NCBI GenBank assembly: GCA_963924565.1
Contig: OZ004610.1
Location: 27,404,001 to 27,468,000 of the forward strand
Reading direction: 5' to 3'
DNA: 64,000 nt
Source: Ascidiella aspersa
Lineage: Eukaryota
Below, piece after piece: positions 24,001 to 36,501 of the stretch; the stretch's first letter is position 1; every line of letters begins with the position of its first letter. A program made the translations under genes and the position numbers. The notes beneath the pieces are model-generated. The model was given only the letters and a program-made list of their open reading frames with translations, was not told the DNA's origin and ran no database searches.

Positions 24001-27000
24001 AAAAAAGATGGAAATCCTTAACTGTACAGTAAAACAACAACCCCTGTTAAAATAGTAGCAAATTTATTTTACCAGAAACTATTTATTTAATCGTAGGCTG
24101 TTGAATAAATATCGGTCAATATCTACTAGATTAACTAGTACCTTTCGAAAATCTAAAAAGTGCCTTATATAGGCTTATACTGATGTTACAAAAACAGTCA
24201 TATACAGAATAAACAACTAAATTAAAAAAGACAAATATTTGTTTTTTTAATCGGCATCGCCAGTTTCTAAAGTTAAATTTGGTAAAAGCAATTCAATCGT
24301 GGTTTGCAATCCGCTTTCCGTATAGATTGTAATTGATCCTTGCGCACAGATTAAATGTGAAACAAATAACTTTTTTATTTCACATTACAGGGCTAGACGC
24401 CATCACAGCTTCGTGTGTGCGAGTTTATTCGCCTTTGGAACGAAGGCAAAGGAGGTGGAAGGCAAGGGATTGGTGGCAAACCACGCCTACACAGTCACCG
24501 GAAACGCCGTTGTAAGTTTACAGTTGGCCCAGTCGCTCTGTAAGGACCGATATTTTCATGATTTGTTTTGTTGTGTTTACCTTTTCTCGGCTTATTCACA
24601 AACAAAGATGCGCTAATTCCTTAACAAATGTTTGGTTCCACCTCTTGTGTGAAGCTAAAATTTGCACAGAAACGCAAATGTGATTGTTGGTCGGCCAGTT
24701 AGGTTATCAACACTCCAGTGTAAAGGACAGAATTTCTCTTTCCGTGGCGATTTCGTGATTTTTCCGTGGCGATTTTCATGATTGTTTTTACACATGTACC
24801 TACTACGAAAGTAAGCCGATTGATTTTCAATGTTTAAATGAGAAAAGGGGCTAATGCCGAGGCCAGTAATAACTAGACTCTAGTTTGATTAAATTTTGCA
24901 GCCACTGAAACGACGTAATGAGGGTTTTTTTCACCAACTATCTCTGTTTTGACTATTTCACTATCTCTTTTTATTAAAATGCTATCGTCTTGACATCTCG
25001 CAATGTAAATGTGCCTGTTAGAAAAATAAACAACTCCCACTTATGCAAACCTAAGTGCCGGCACCCGAATCATTTTTCGTTGAACTATCCAATAAATCAT
25101 GACATTGATTGTTGTGACAAGAAACGCGGAAAATCACACAAACCATTAAAGCCTGCTTTTCTAACTACCATTGGGCCGACACAATTTTCGATCCAGTTGA
25201 TAAGTTTCCGTATGTAACTTGCTGTTTTTGCCGCAGGTAAAACTAAGCACAGGCGAGTCGGTGAAAATTTTGCGCGTTCGAAACCCTTGGGGCACCAACA
25301 AGGAGTGGACAGGCTCTTTCAGTGACAAGTAAGTCAAAAACGAGTTTCCTATTTTAAAAGTTAGGATATTTTTGGTTTATTTTGAACTGATTTGTCCTTA
25401 AGATGGAGGCAACATTTGCACTTTTAATAACTCTTCACTAGCCTTGGCTATTCACAGAATTACGACATTTCTAATACTTTGCTTTCATTCTTTCTAAATC
25501 TAAACAATAATGTCAAAGCCGGACTACTGTACTTTTTCCGCAATGCACTACATTGATATTAATTTATTATTTGCCCAACATTCATGAACAAGGCCAAACA
25601 TGCAGCAATTATAACCCATAAGTACATTATGCCAGTTTTGAACACTATTACCACACTTGTTATATGTGCTACACATTTTTGTTTTGTTGAGTCCGCAAGT
25701 TAGAACAACGTCCATGTTTTATTGATTTTTGTGTACCGTCTTTAATTTAGTTTATATAAGAACACAGCGAAACAATGGCGACAAAAAGGAGACGAGATAA
25801 AACACAATATTAGCGAGGGACGATTTAGCAAGAAGAAAACAAAAGATCGCTGGGTATTCGGGACTTGGATTCAATAGAGCACTGTCCACTTGCAAAGAAC
25901 GTTATTCATTTTATTATTCTTAGTAAGGATAAGACGTTCCGATTTCGGGACCGATTTGATCATTCTGAGAAACTTGTTTAAATTCAGGACGGATTCCTTA
26001 CAACGGTAAATACATACGTTCACACAAGAAAAAACAATTCAACAGGGTTTCAAATTAATCCGCCTCTATACCAAACCACACATAAATACGCTCTGTTTCC
26101 CAGGTCAGAAATCTGGGAGAAGGTAAGCGACGCCACCAAGCAGGCGCTCGATTTCAAGGTGAAGGGCGACTCCGAGTGGTGGATGTCGCTGGAGGACTTC
26201 TGGTCCAACTTCTCGTCGATTACCATTTGCACATTGGGGCCTGATTTTAACGAGGACGGCGACCTTTCGCACGTCAGGTATACCATAAAGATACAAAATG
26301 GCGGCCGAAATACACCGGTTGCTCGATTGTTAGCTGAACGCCCCGTCGCCAGCTAATTTTTAGTTTTAACTTTTTTTCGTATACGCCAGGGGTAGCCAAC
26401 ACTTCGATCGCGATCGACCGTTCGATCGTCACGTCATTAGAGTAGCTGCCGCGCATAAGCCGAACATTATAATAACCACTTTCTGTCTGGACGCGCCTAT
26501 AAAAAGCGTTCTTTGACGTAATGAGTTCACCTCTCGTTAAATTTACGCCGCAGGCTTGGAATGCAATAAACGCTCGAAATGTTCAATAAGTGTTCTTGCG
26601 ACTTTTTGACTGAACCAGTCGATCACCAGTCTTTAAAAAATATTTCAGTTGATGGCAATCAAACGTAAGTTGGCTTTACACCTTCACTATACGCTATTAC
26701 AATTGCGTTGGTTCAAAAAAAAATAACCATTTCTGTCCCTGGCATTGGAGTTAACTTGAAAAACTGAAGAGTTAGGATATTTGTCTATTTTTATGATACG
26801 CTGCATTAATCTTTTCACAGAATAGCTTTTTGTTTTTTCTGCGTTGCATTCTGTTCCATAATGCAAAACGTCTTGCAAAATACATTCCAGGGTTTAAGTG
26901 TGGCCGACATGCTCAGATGTTTTTAATTATGTGCAAACTGGTACCACAATTTAAAACTTTTTTCGGCGACCTATATTTAAAAAAAGGAGTTGAAAAATAA

Positions 27001-29952
27001 TAAAAATAACCATAATAGACAAACAAAAATCATATTTGTATTTTTAGCGACAGCGCAAACAAAACCTATTTATCTCTAAATACTGTGTCCTGGTTGTTGC
27101 AGTTCCCAAATAAAAAATCTTCTATTTTACCAACATAACCTTGTTTTCAGTTGGCATCTTTCTACTGTACGTGGTCAGTGGCTGGAAGGAAAATCAGCTG
27201 GTGGATCGAGAAACAACCCGACGTTTGACACAAATCCGCAGTTTCTAATGCATGTTCTTGAACCGGGTACGTTTTTTTTTCACGCTTTGGAGGCAATACG
27301 CGCTAAACTAGAATATCGCAAACTTTCTTCTGGGTTCCGATATTATTGGGATGTTTGTGTTCAACAACAACAATTTGAGGAAAAAAGTTTAAGGTGCAAC
27401 TCGTCCGATAGCCTACTAGGGTGGTTTCGGTGCCGATTCGATATTTCTGTAGGAGCCATTATTTGCAATCAAACCAAGCGATTTCTGCCGTAAAAGGTCA
27501 ATTTACCAAAAAGCAGTAGGTTAACCACTTATCAGAAGACCACCTTAACCACTGCTGGGATTAATTAAATTTCCTAACTCTAAGGCAAACTAAGCCTAAT
27601 TACCTAAAAAAAATTATGTATTAATTTAAACGTTTTAATCGATCGGAAGGATCAACATATAACTTTTTCAATTAACCAAGAAAAATAGAGATAAAAATGT
27701 GCTCTTTTAGACGATCCTGTTGAAGAAGAGACCGAGGAGGGAGAAGAAGATATGACCAAGATGAGCTACGTCCAGGTGGGATTAATGCAGGAACACAGGA
27801 GAGTCGACAAGAAGACAGTCGTGCCCACCTACGGAATTGGGATGACCATCTTCAAGGTATTTTCACAGGAGACGACTTTCGTGGTTCCCAAAAAGGGAGG
27901 CCCAAAACATGGGTCGTTGCTGCGGCTCACTGGGGTACCATTTTTAGTTCTCAAGGGCGCCGAGAAGTATTTGGGAATCTTTAAAGGTTACTGATTTGAT
28001 AACTTATGATCCTATTGAAACACTCTTCGTGTAAGATTAGTGTACAATAAATAAAAGTTGTTGATTGTACTGTCCCAGTAGTGTTTACTGTGATCATACA
28101 GTAAAGCCTTTATGGTAGGGGTGCCGCAATCTATTAATTATTTACGGTTGGTGCCGCAAGCCATAAAAGGTTGGGACCACTGTCCGAGCCAACATGTAGT
28201 GTGGAGAAGCTTTTTCGGTGTTCTGTTATTGCGTCGTTTATTAACTGTTTTCCATACTAAATATAGCTTTTTGTAGAAGCTCAGTTCATTATATTACAGA
28301 TAAAGCTGAAATCGTTTATCACTTTTTGTTAGCAGAATCTAGAATAATTTTATACAAAATGATATAAAAAATTTCCTTCAAAATTTGGATTGTTATTTAT
28401 ATAAAAAAAAATTGGACAACAAGAGCCCACCACTGTGGTAAAACTTTTTTAGCATTAGATAACACGAGCATTTGGGGAATAATGGTAGGAGCTAGGAGGT
28501 TATAGTAAGACGTAGAAAGAACACCAAAGCCCATATAGAGGCATAGGTACGATTTGAAGCGTTTCGATTAAATCTTTATTTATTTTCAACTTCCTTAATT
28601 CACTTCGATGTTGAAAGTAAATAAAGAGAAACGTTAAAAAGTCTACCTATATAACAGGGGTGGTCAACCTACGGCCCGCGGGCCAGATCCGGCCCGCCAA
28701 CGCAAATCAGAAGGCATTCTTCGTATTTTCTGCTTATTTTAATTACCTAAAAGCATTTTTTTGTGCTTAGTTTAAATCTTGTTCCTCCATTAATTGTAAA
28801 TCGCAAAATACCCTAGTTTTAACTCTGCTTAACAGTCGTTGCGGTTGTTATAATAAGATGCGTACGGTCTACACTCTACAGAGTTGAAAGTTAACGGCCC
28901 GCAGAGACCTTTCTGGGTTTGATTTTGGCCCGCGACCAGAAAAATGTTGCCCACCCTTGCAATATAGCAGGGATGGCGAACCACTGTCCCGCGGATCACG
29001 AAGTGATCCACCACACATTTTTATTGACCCACTTGTATCTCTAGAAATATCGAAATGTTATTAATCATTTTCAGAAAAGTATAAATAAAAGAAATCAATT
29101 CTTTGTTAGATATCACTGTACTGTTTAAATCAGGGCTACCTAATCTGTGGGTTGTGCAAAAGTGTCCTAGGGGTAGAGGTATATTAACTGCACTTCAACA
29201 AATGCGTGCAGAAAAGCAGACAACTAAAAGCATTTTGTTTATCGCTGAAAAAGGGTGGCGATCCTGTAGAAAAATATAGAGCTCGCAGACTAAAAATTAT
29301 GAAAAACCTGGCTAAACCATGCTTGAAAAGCTTTCTGCCGAACTCCTCCAATTCCATAAAAAATGGTTAAGCATTTGTTAACTATTTAGGTTCGTATTAT
29401 CCGTGGGAATCCGAATTTGGAAATCGTCCAAAAACCTTAAATTACTAGCCCAAGCAATAACACTAAAACGACGCAGCAGCAAAGTTTTGCGTAAAATTAG
29501 AATATAGTTAAATATATGACCCACTTGTGCATTTTGTAAGAATTAAGGTCGTGTTTGTGATCCGTGCGATGAAAAGGTACGCGATCCCTGCTATATAGCC
29601 TACTTCTTTATATAGACTTTGCTATTCTTACTCCGCATGACAAGATATGTTTTAAACGCTTATATAAAAAAAACATACAAAGGCGTGAAATACAGTACCA
29701 ACACCTTCTTAAAATCTTTTTCAGCTGAATGCGAAGCGGGATACCAAACTGAATGCAACCGAGGTCCTTACAATCCCAACCGCCGCCGAAAACCGCTCGT
29801 TCGTTCAAACTCGTGAAGTTACTCTCACCGCTTCCGTCGAACCCGGATATTACGTCATCGTACCCGCCACCTTCAGCGCCGGAAAGTCGAGTTCATTTTT
29901 CCTGCGCGTCTTCACCGAGAAGCCGATCGAACTTACAGAGTTAAAAGGATAG
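18020..29952 (+). CDS. Calpain-family cysteine protease, about 534 aa, CysPc plus C2-like domain III, no penta-EF-hand. Exons: 18020-18130, 20880-21026, 21881-22009, 22579-22787, 23739-23870, 24391-24511, 25237-25328, 26104-26277, 27151-27266, 27711-27856, 29725-29952
   Basis: The catalytic triad motifs QGDLGDCYFLAA, GLVANHAYTVTG and RVRNPWG are intact. Also present: FRFWRFGRWVEVVVDDYLP, EKAYAKLNGSYEAL, and domain III motifs SAGGSRN..F.TNPQF and PGYYVIVPATF..FFLRVFTE. Exon lengths sum to 1605 nt. Exon 1 is inferred from an ATG plus a phase-0 GTAAGG donor and is less certain. Confidence 0.92.
21471..21619 (+). mobile_element. Fold-back element with a U3-A8 variant minimal hammerhead core at its tip (family C, copy 1)
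   Basis: About 29-bp inverted arms enclose TTGAAAA-T-GAATAA-agag-TTATTC-GAAACGTT (21510-21541). Flanked by the direct repeat gaattcactttta at 21459-21471 and 21620-21632. Confidence 0.7.
22082..22158 (+). ncRNA. Degenerate family D hammerhead copy
   Basis: ttttgac-cCTGAT-ACAC-ggtt-GTGC-GAAAGCTC-atcaaaa. The downstream tataaacactgccacttg resembles the right arm of the 33442 copy. Confidence 0.55.
28478..28592 (-). mobile_element. Degenerate family C copy
   Basis: The reverse complement reads gTTGAAAATaaataaagatttaatcGAAACGCT followed by a diverged arm and tail (ggaggttatagtaagac...caaagcccata on the plus strand). Confidence 0.6.
28655..29590. mobile_element. Two abutting hAT-type MITEs (28655-28959 and 28968-29590) sharing a target site
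   Basis: TIRs caggggtggtcaac / gttgcccacccttg and cagggatggcgaacc / ggtacgcgatccctg; three related 8-mers ctatataa, caatatag and ctatatag. Confidence 0.75.
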
Positions 29953-32357
29953 GAACTCGCTACTCGACTTTAGTTTGCTACTTGAAATTAGTTTCTAACT
30001 GCGCTTTAATTAATAGTTTAACAATCGCGTATTTAGAAGTTTTGACTGTTTATGGAGCCGTAACACGTAGCAGTTGGTGTAGTATTTAGAACTCCTTTGT
30101 TTTTATAGCCAACACAGGGGTGGAACCTACAGCCCCTTGCCTATAACACTTGTTTTTGCCAAAAAAAACGATCGAACTAACTCAGCGAGTTAAAGAGCGA
30201 CGAACTCGTTTCTATACTTGATTGTTTAAGTATCCTCAATAAGCTTTGTTTAATTGTTTAACAGCTGTTCAAGCTCAACTCTTGAATAGTTTTGTATTCT
30301 TTTATACACGAACTCGGCACGAGCATTGAATTTCGAGTACTTTTTGTATTTAATTTCGTAAATTGAGGTTTAGAAAAATACTTTGGCTATTGGTTTAATT
30401 AAGTCGATCGTGGAAAGTTTGACTGTTTGTGAGGAACCGCATATCCTTATGGCGTATTATAAAGATTATCTTATTACTATTATACAAAAACAAGCCTATC
30501 GCTTTCTCATATAGTAAACGCATGATATCATGCTTAAGTATAACTTTATTTAATCTGCCCTTATCTTCGAAGCTTAAATAACTTTAAAAATTGCAATACT
30601 GCAATACCTATATGCCACAAAAATTAGGGTGTCTTAAACATAATACGATAAGTTTTACAAACTTATTGCTTAAGCTGAAAAAGTTCTTGTTATTTTGATA
30701 TTTCTCGATATAGAGTGTTGGACACAGTTCAAAACTACAGAATAGGTTGTGTATAGAACAGAATAAATTGCACATTTGCATTACTTCGATAGCAAATTTA
30801 TTTTAATCCAAATTCGAATTTCCAATAATGTTTAATGCGGTCTATGTGTCTGCAATTTCAATTTTTGCAGGGCGTTATTTCATGTTATATACTCATTTGA
30901 ATAAACTAACAACTTGTAATATTTGCAACCCCCTATTAATATTTATCGCCAAATCCACATAACATTTTTGGGGCGGAAGTTTGTTAAGCTGAACGCTTTC
31001 TGCAGTGCCCAACGTTTTTAACCCTTCCTATGCCCCAACAACATTACTTCGGAAACTATTTGTACACGATGCGCGATGTTTATTGCCAATATTAAACGCT
31101 CGTATTCGCACATTTATTTGTCCTTACGCTACCGCAGTCGAAGACAACAAGACAAATCGGTGAAATTCCACACCGCTGTTGTTCTTTGTCTCGTGGAAAC
31201 GACATCAGAGAGTTGAGAAGGCTGAATAGGCAAACCAACGGTCACAAGTGGATGGCTGATGCGACTGGCTAAAACCGAGTGACGGGCCGGTTAACTGGAT
31301 TAAGTGGAGTGCGACTGTTTACACCTGCTACTGACAAACTCTCTTCAACTACTGTAGAGTAGCCTCGATAGTAGATGACCCCAGTTAGCGGCCCGTTTGG
31401 TCATTTTACTATGTGACAGCCTCTGTCAGAACAAAAGGGTTGTGTAGATGTATATAGAGGTCGCTTTAGATGTCGATTAGAATGGTGTAGATGCTAATCC
31501 CTTGCACCAGGTTACATTTTAATGAAGTTAGGCAAGAAGGACGGTAAGCCTAGTTTTTACTGGCCTTAACCCAACCTAAACGAAATTTGAAATAAATCCA
31601 CGAGTCAAAAAACTGCTTTATTTTGTTGCTAAAATGCAAGAAAGGTCGGGAAATATAAACAGTTTAAACTAATACGTAACGTGTATATCATATTTGATCC
31701 AATTCTATTATTGTGCTACATTTACGGACATAAGAGCCCGAACTAAATGTCTGCATTTGCTACGATCTCACTATTGTCGCATTGTATAACTATAATAAGT
31801 GACCTGTTATTTTTTTACAACTGTTGTACAGTTTGTTTTGTAACCAAATTTAGCCTGGAGAGCTATCACAGCAACATGGTCACAAAGAGTCGCGTCGGGC
31901 TCTGGACCGGGATGTACATAGACCTTTACAGAGAAACATAGTTTGAAATTAAATATTTAAGCAAAAATTGCAGTGTACACAATTTTGCGACGAAATAGCT
32001 GGCAATAGACTATTTCTCGTAGCGAAAGTTGCAAAGTTTATTAGGATTTTATTTAAAAATTTATTAGGATTTTATCTGATCTACTATACATTTTAAGTCA
32101 ATTTGAATAGGTCCAAGTCCCAGAAACTATTCCTGTATAGCCTACCTATTCACTTCGCTGTTCATTTTTTAAGTCTCCAGTGAATATATTCTGCGCAGCG
32201 GTTATATAAGTTACAGGGCCATAGCTAAGAAACTTACCTGGACTATCTCAATAGCGTGTTACGTTTTAAAACAATTTGCCAGCAAACAATTTATTTTCTG
32301 TACAACAGCTCCCTCGCTAGTAGATTCGTAAGCAGGCATTTCAACTTCTTAAAAACC

Positions 32358-35115
32358 ATGACCACCGACAAGTTAAGCGAAGAGGAACAGGTGATGTTTC
32401 GGGAGGCCTTTAAGAAGTTCGACAAGGATGGAAGTGACGTAGTGAGCACTGATGACGTAGGAGCAGTGCTAAGAGCGGCCGGACAAGCACCAACCGAATC
32501 GGAGTGTGACGACTATAAAAAGGTAAGGCACAAGTGTAGCAGGGTCTGACGTTAGCACTATTTTTTTACTTGTTTTTGTTTGTTTTACAAAATAAAAGCG
32601 TTAAGGTGTAATTATTTTACCGTGCTTTATAAAGAGTGCAAAATGATTGAAAAAACACATTTTTCTACTATAAAATTCTTAACATTTGTAGTTTAATTCT
32701 GCAATGGTAAAGCGTGTTTTAATCGTTATTTTGCTTTCAAAATTCATATGGTTTAGAAAGCACAGGAAAATATTCTTTTCTAGCTATAATTATGAGGTGT
32801 TCTTGCGTAGTGTAAGAAAATGTTTTATAGGTGCAATTTGACTTGCTCGAAATTACAAAACCATAATTTAAAGTATATTGCAGCCCTAAAAGAATCTTTT
32901 GCAATTCACGCCAAGTTTGACGTTTAGATTTTTGTTTTCTGCACCAATTTGACAGTCGTAATCAAGCGTGCTAAAAATACAGAAGCTCGTACAAGTAAAT
33001 TATGGCCAAAATATAACTATGAGGTTAGTTTTTATGTTAATTTGCGCTTGGTGTTGACAAATATCAGGATCTATCGAGAAAACCGTCATAATGTTATACG
33101 TGACTTTTCTGGAGTTGGAAGTTATTATCAAAAGACATATCGGCAACAGCCGCAGACTATGAATACGTCAGTCTTCTACCGACATTTTGAACACCCGCAT
33201 TTCCTGCTGCTTTATAAAAAGTTAAACCAGCTTCATTTACACACTAAGGTCTATTGAATTATCCTTGCGTTTTCAGGAGTTGGACCCCAAGGATTCTGGC
33301 GATGTGGAATACAAGGACTTGCTCGATTTGTATTCTCGCATTATGAAATCAACCTACGAGATGGACGACGAACTTACAGAAGCCTTCAAGTGAGTATATG
33401 TTCTAACTTTATATATGGCCGTATTTGTCTAATTCTAAATAGAGGAATCAGGTGGAACTGTATAAAGACAAATTGTAAACTTTGACCTGATGAAGCACGG
33501 CTGTACGAAAGCTGCTCGAGAATTAAATACAATTTGTCTTTATACAGTGCCACCTGATTCCTCCATGCTCTAACTCAGTGCTTCTCGACCTATTGGTCGC
33601 GACCCAAAATTGGGTTGCTGTTAGATTTGGTTGGGTCGCCGACCGCAGCAATCACATGTTTATACTAATTGAGATTGGTTCTGAGAAGGATTTCTCAATT
33701 AAGAAAATTAAAGAAGCAATACAAATAATGTCTTATAATTAATTATTAAAATGTGAAATTCTTTATGATAATGCCTATTTTTTGTTCGCTTACAAGAAGC
33801 TAGTTTTTAGTTCGCTTACAAGAAAAAACAATTGGGTCGCCAAAGCTTAGTCGTCATACTTACGCCTAATATTTGGGTTGCCGCGAAAAAAGGTTGAGAA
33901 GCACTGCTCTAACTGATGCACTTCAGCAAAACTACTGTAACGTTTTGCATTAACATTTGTAAAAGTTACACCTAAAGCTAAATGCGAATTTCAACCCCTG
34001 AACTTTTCTATCTAGTGTTTGAGCCGCATAGCGCCTGGTATAGGTTACCATGGGCACATTTGTTCTAACACTCTTTTATATGCTTGGTTTCTGCTTTAGG
34101 TAAGCCTTTTATTAATGTCCTGTTCTAAGTGATAGTTAAATTTTAGGTATTTTCTATGGCCTTTATTTTTTTCTGTTACATGCCAAATAAATAGGCCCAG
34201 TCCTATTTTGGCTTTTTTAATATTGTATTGAATTATACTATTTGCGTTTAAAATGTCCAAACTTTGAAACCTGTTTGAATTTTAACAACATTAAAAGCCG
34301 TTTCTAGAAATGAAAGATTTGTACACATGTACAAGGTGATCGAGCCATTTTGAAGTCATTTTTGATTGACGACAACGGCTTACGTACCATATAAGCCTTT
34401 GACAAATTAACCTAATCTGTCCATCAAGATGCAAGAAAGACAGTGTAGAAAAACTTATAGGCTGTGGTGAGGTTCGAACTCATGACCTCCGGCCATACCG
34501 GGACCGTAATTCTACCGATAACTGCGTTCCACAGGCACAAAATGGAGCGAGTCGCACGTCGTGAAACACCCATGACACCATTGCTTGCCGCATCCTGGTA
34601 TCAAAAACAACAACTTCTAGAAACTAAGTTAATTAAACGTTACAGACTTGTAAGTTCTTCCCTAAGAGTCTCTTTTTTACGATTCCCCCAGAGTTTTGCT
34701 TGATCCAATTCTCAAGTCCGGTAGTAAATCAATAACAAGCTTTTAGCAAAAAATGAAACGACTCTCATCAACCTTCGTTTTTTTATACTTTAAATCAAGG
34801 GTTTCCAACCTTTTTTACACCGTGAAAAGTTTGATAAACCAATTCCCCCCAACCTAAAACCCCTTGGGGGTCATGGCCCACAGGTTGAGAACCCCTGCTT
34901 TAAATCGATATCTAAACCGCAAAAACGTCAGGGTTTTCGACAAGAACTTCGACGGTTACATCACAGCGGCCGATTTGCGTAAGCACATGACCACACTGGG
35001 AGAGAAGCTTTCTCAGGAAGAAGTTGAGGAAATGATAAAAGACGCCGATCCAAACGGCGAGGGAAAGATCAATTACACCGAGTTCAGCTACGCAATTATA
35101 CACGACAACACGTGA
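32358..35115 (+). CDS. Divergent calmodulin-like four-EF-hand protein, 153 aa. Exons: 32358-32522, 33277-33389, 34932-35115
   Basis: Translation [26 protein letters not shown]...[55 protein letters not shown] is colinear with calmodulin. EF1 and EF2 loops are degenerate; EF3 and EF4 are near canonical. Confidence 0.92.
33442..33563 (+). ncRNA. Hammerhead-like motif (CTGATGA...GAAA) at the tip of a 36-bp hairpin (family D)
   Basis: Arms 33442-33477 and 33528-33563 have one mismatch. The loop contains CTGATGA(33487-33493)-A-GCAC-ggct-GTAC-GAAA-GCTGCTC. Confidence 0.65.
33576..33906. mobile_element. hAT-type MITE
   Basis: TIRs cagtgcttctcgacc / ggttgagaagcactg; TSD ctctaact; a related copy lies near 5354-5550. 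Confidence 0.9.
34460..34536 (-). mobile_element. tRNA-derived sequence (SINE head or tRNA pseudogene)
   Basis: On the minus strand: ctgtgg...ccacag acceptor-like stem, A-box-like cgcagttatcggtag, and T-arm tgag-TTCGAAC-ctca. The anticodon arm is imperfect. Confidence 0.55.
34796..34897. mobile_element. Short hAT-type MITE
   Basis: TIRs caagggtttccaacc / ggttgagaacccctg; TSD ctttaaat. Confidence 0.85.
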
Positions 35116-36501
35116 GAGCGCTCGCTGTCGATTTTTTATTCACGTCGGGGTGTTTTATATTGCGTTATCCTTTTGTGCTGTTGTGATATATTGTTGAAAT
35201 TATTTTTATACATTACATACTGTGAGCCTTCTACGGCAAATCTGACACTTTATTTTTCTATAGCAAATAGTGACGTTTGTTTTTTCGGCATTTTTATTGC
35301 AATGCTACATTGTATTGAAGAACAGGGCTGAATGCACTTTTAGTTCCACCGAAATATAAACGTTAGACACAAACTTAACATATTGCTAAATATTTACAAA
35401 GGTACAAGATTTCAATATACCATGCAAGTTGCTTTCCATCTATAAGTACAGAAGCATTATTCAATTAATGTGTATACGTCAAATGGTAATATAACATCTT
35501 CTGGTTTGATTCTAATAGGTTATTGCAACAAAGTTTAGTAAAGTATAGTCATCAATATACGGATGTAGGCTTACAAAACATATAGTACGCAACAAGGGGA
35601 ATCAGTTCAAAAGGAAAGACTATGATTCTTGGATTTCGTTGCAATGCATTTTGTGCAAATAAGCAAATATCGACAAAAACATATAAAAAGCAAACGGCGA
35701 TTGTAGAAGTTTACAGGTTTGTTTCTCGCAAGCGTACCATGTACAAATGGGTGTTTTTTCTTCTGTAGCCCGTCAGTAACGCATATCAAACACAGAGTAA
35801 TATGCAAGTTCTTTTAAACTTGAGTACCTACTAAATGAGCTGTCGAAGAGGTTCGGGTTTACAATGTTGTACCGTCCTTAATAAGATTGTCGCCCGGAGC
35901 CCACCATCTGCGTTCACAGGACACAGCAGAACGCGCAAAATAGTTCATGTCCTTGACCGCAAACAAATCAGTCGAAAAGTTGTATTTTTTGGTATTGACT
36001 AGCATTCGGATAAACACCAGTTTAGTCGTCATGGCTTTGATTTGTTTTCACAAAAAATGCAGACCAAAACAACAATCCTGTCGTTCAGAACATCAGCCGG
36101 TAAAATAGCAGTAGCCTACCTTTGTTGGCGTTTGTGGTCAGTTCTTAGGTCAAACCATTAACTGTTTTAAAATAATAAAGTTTCTATTAAAAATACATAG
36201 GCCTACATAAAGGTTATAAAAGTTCACATGTCCGTAATCATAGAAAAATTAGATAAGGCGATTGATATTATACGAAATGGAACAATAAGCCTGTCGTTAG
36301 CCAGAGAAATACCAGTGCGTTTATAGCGTTTGTTGTAAGTTAAGCCAAACCATTAACTGAAAGACTTCCTTAAAAGAAATAAGCAATGTTTCCGCCAAAA
36401 ACATACTTAGTGTCTACTGTGGCGCCTACAAACAATATCCATAATCAAGGCCCATCAGAGACGGCCTTATGTGCAAAACAGTTCATAAACACTTAAAAAA
36501 A

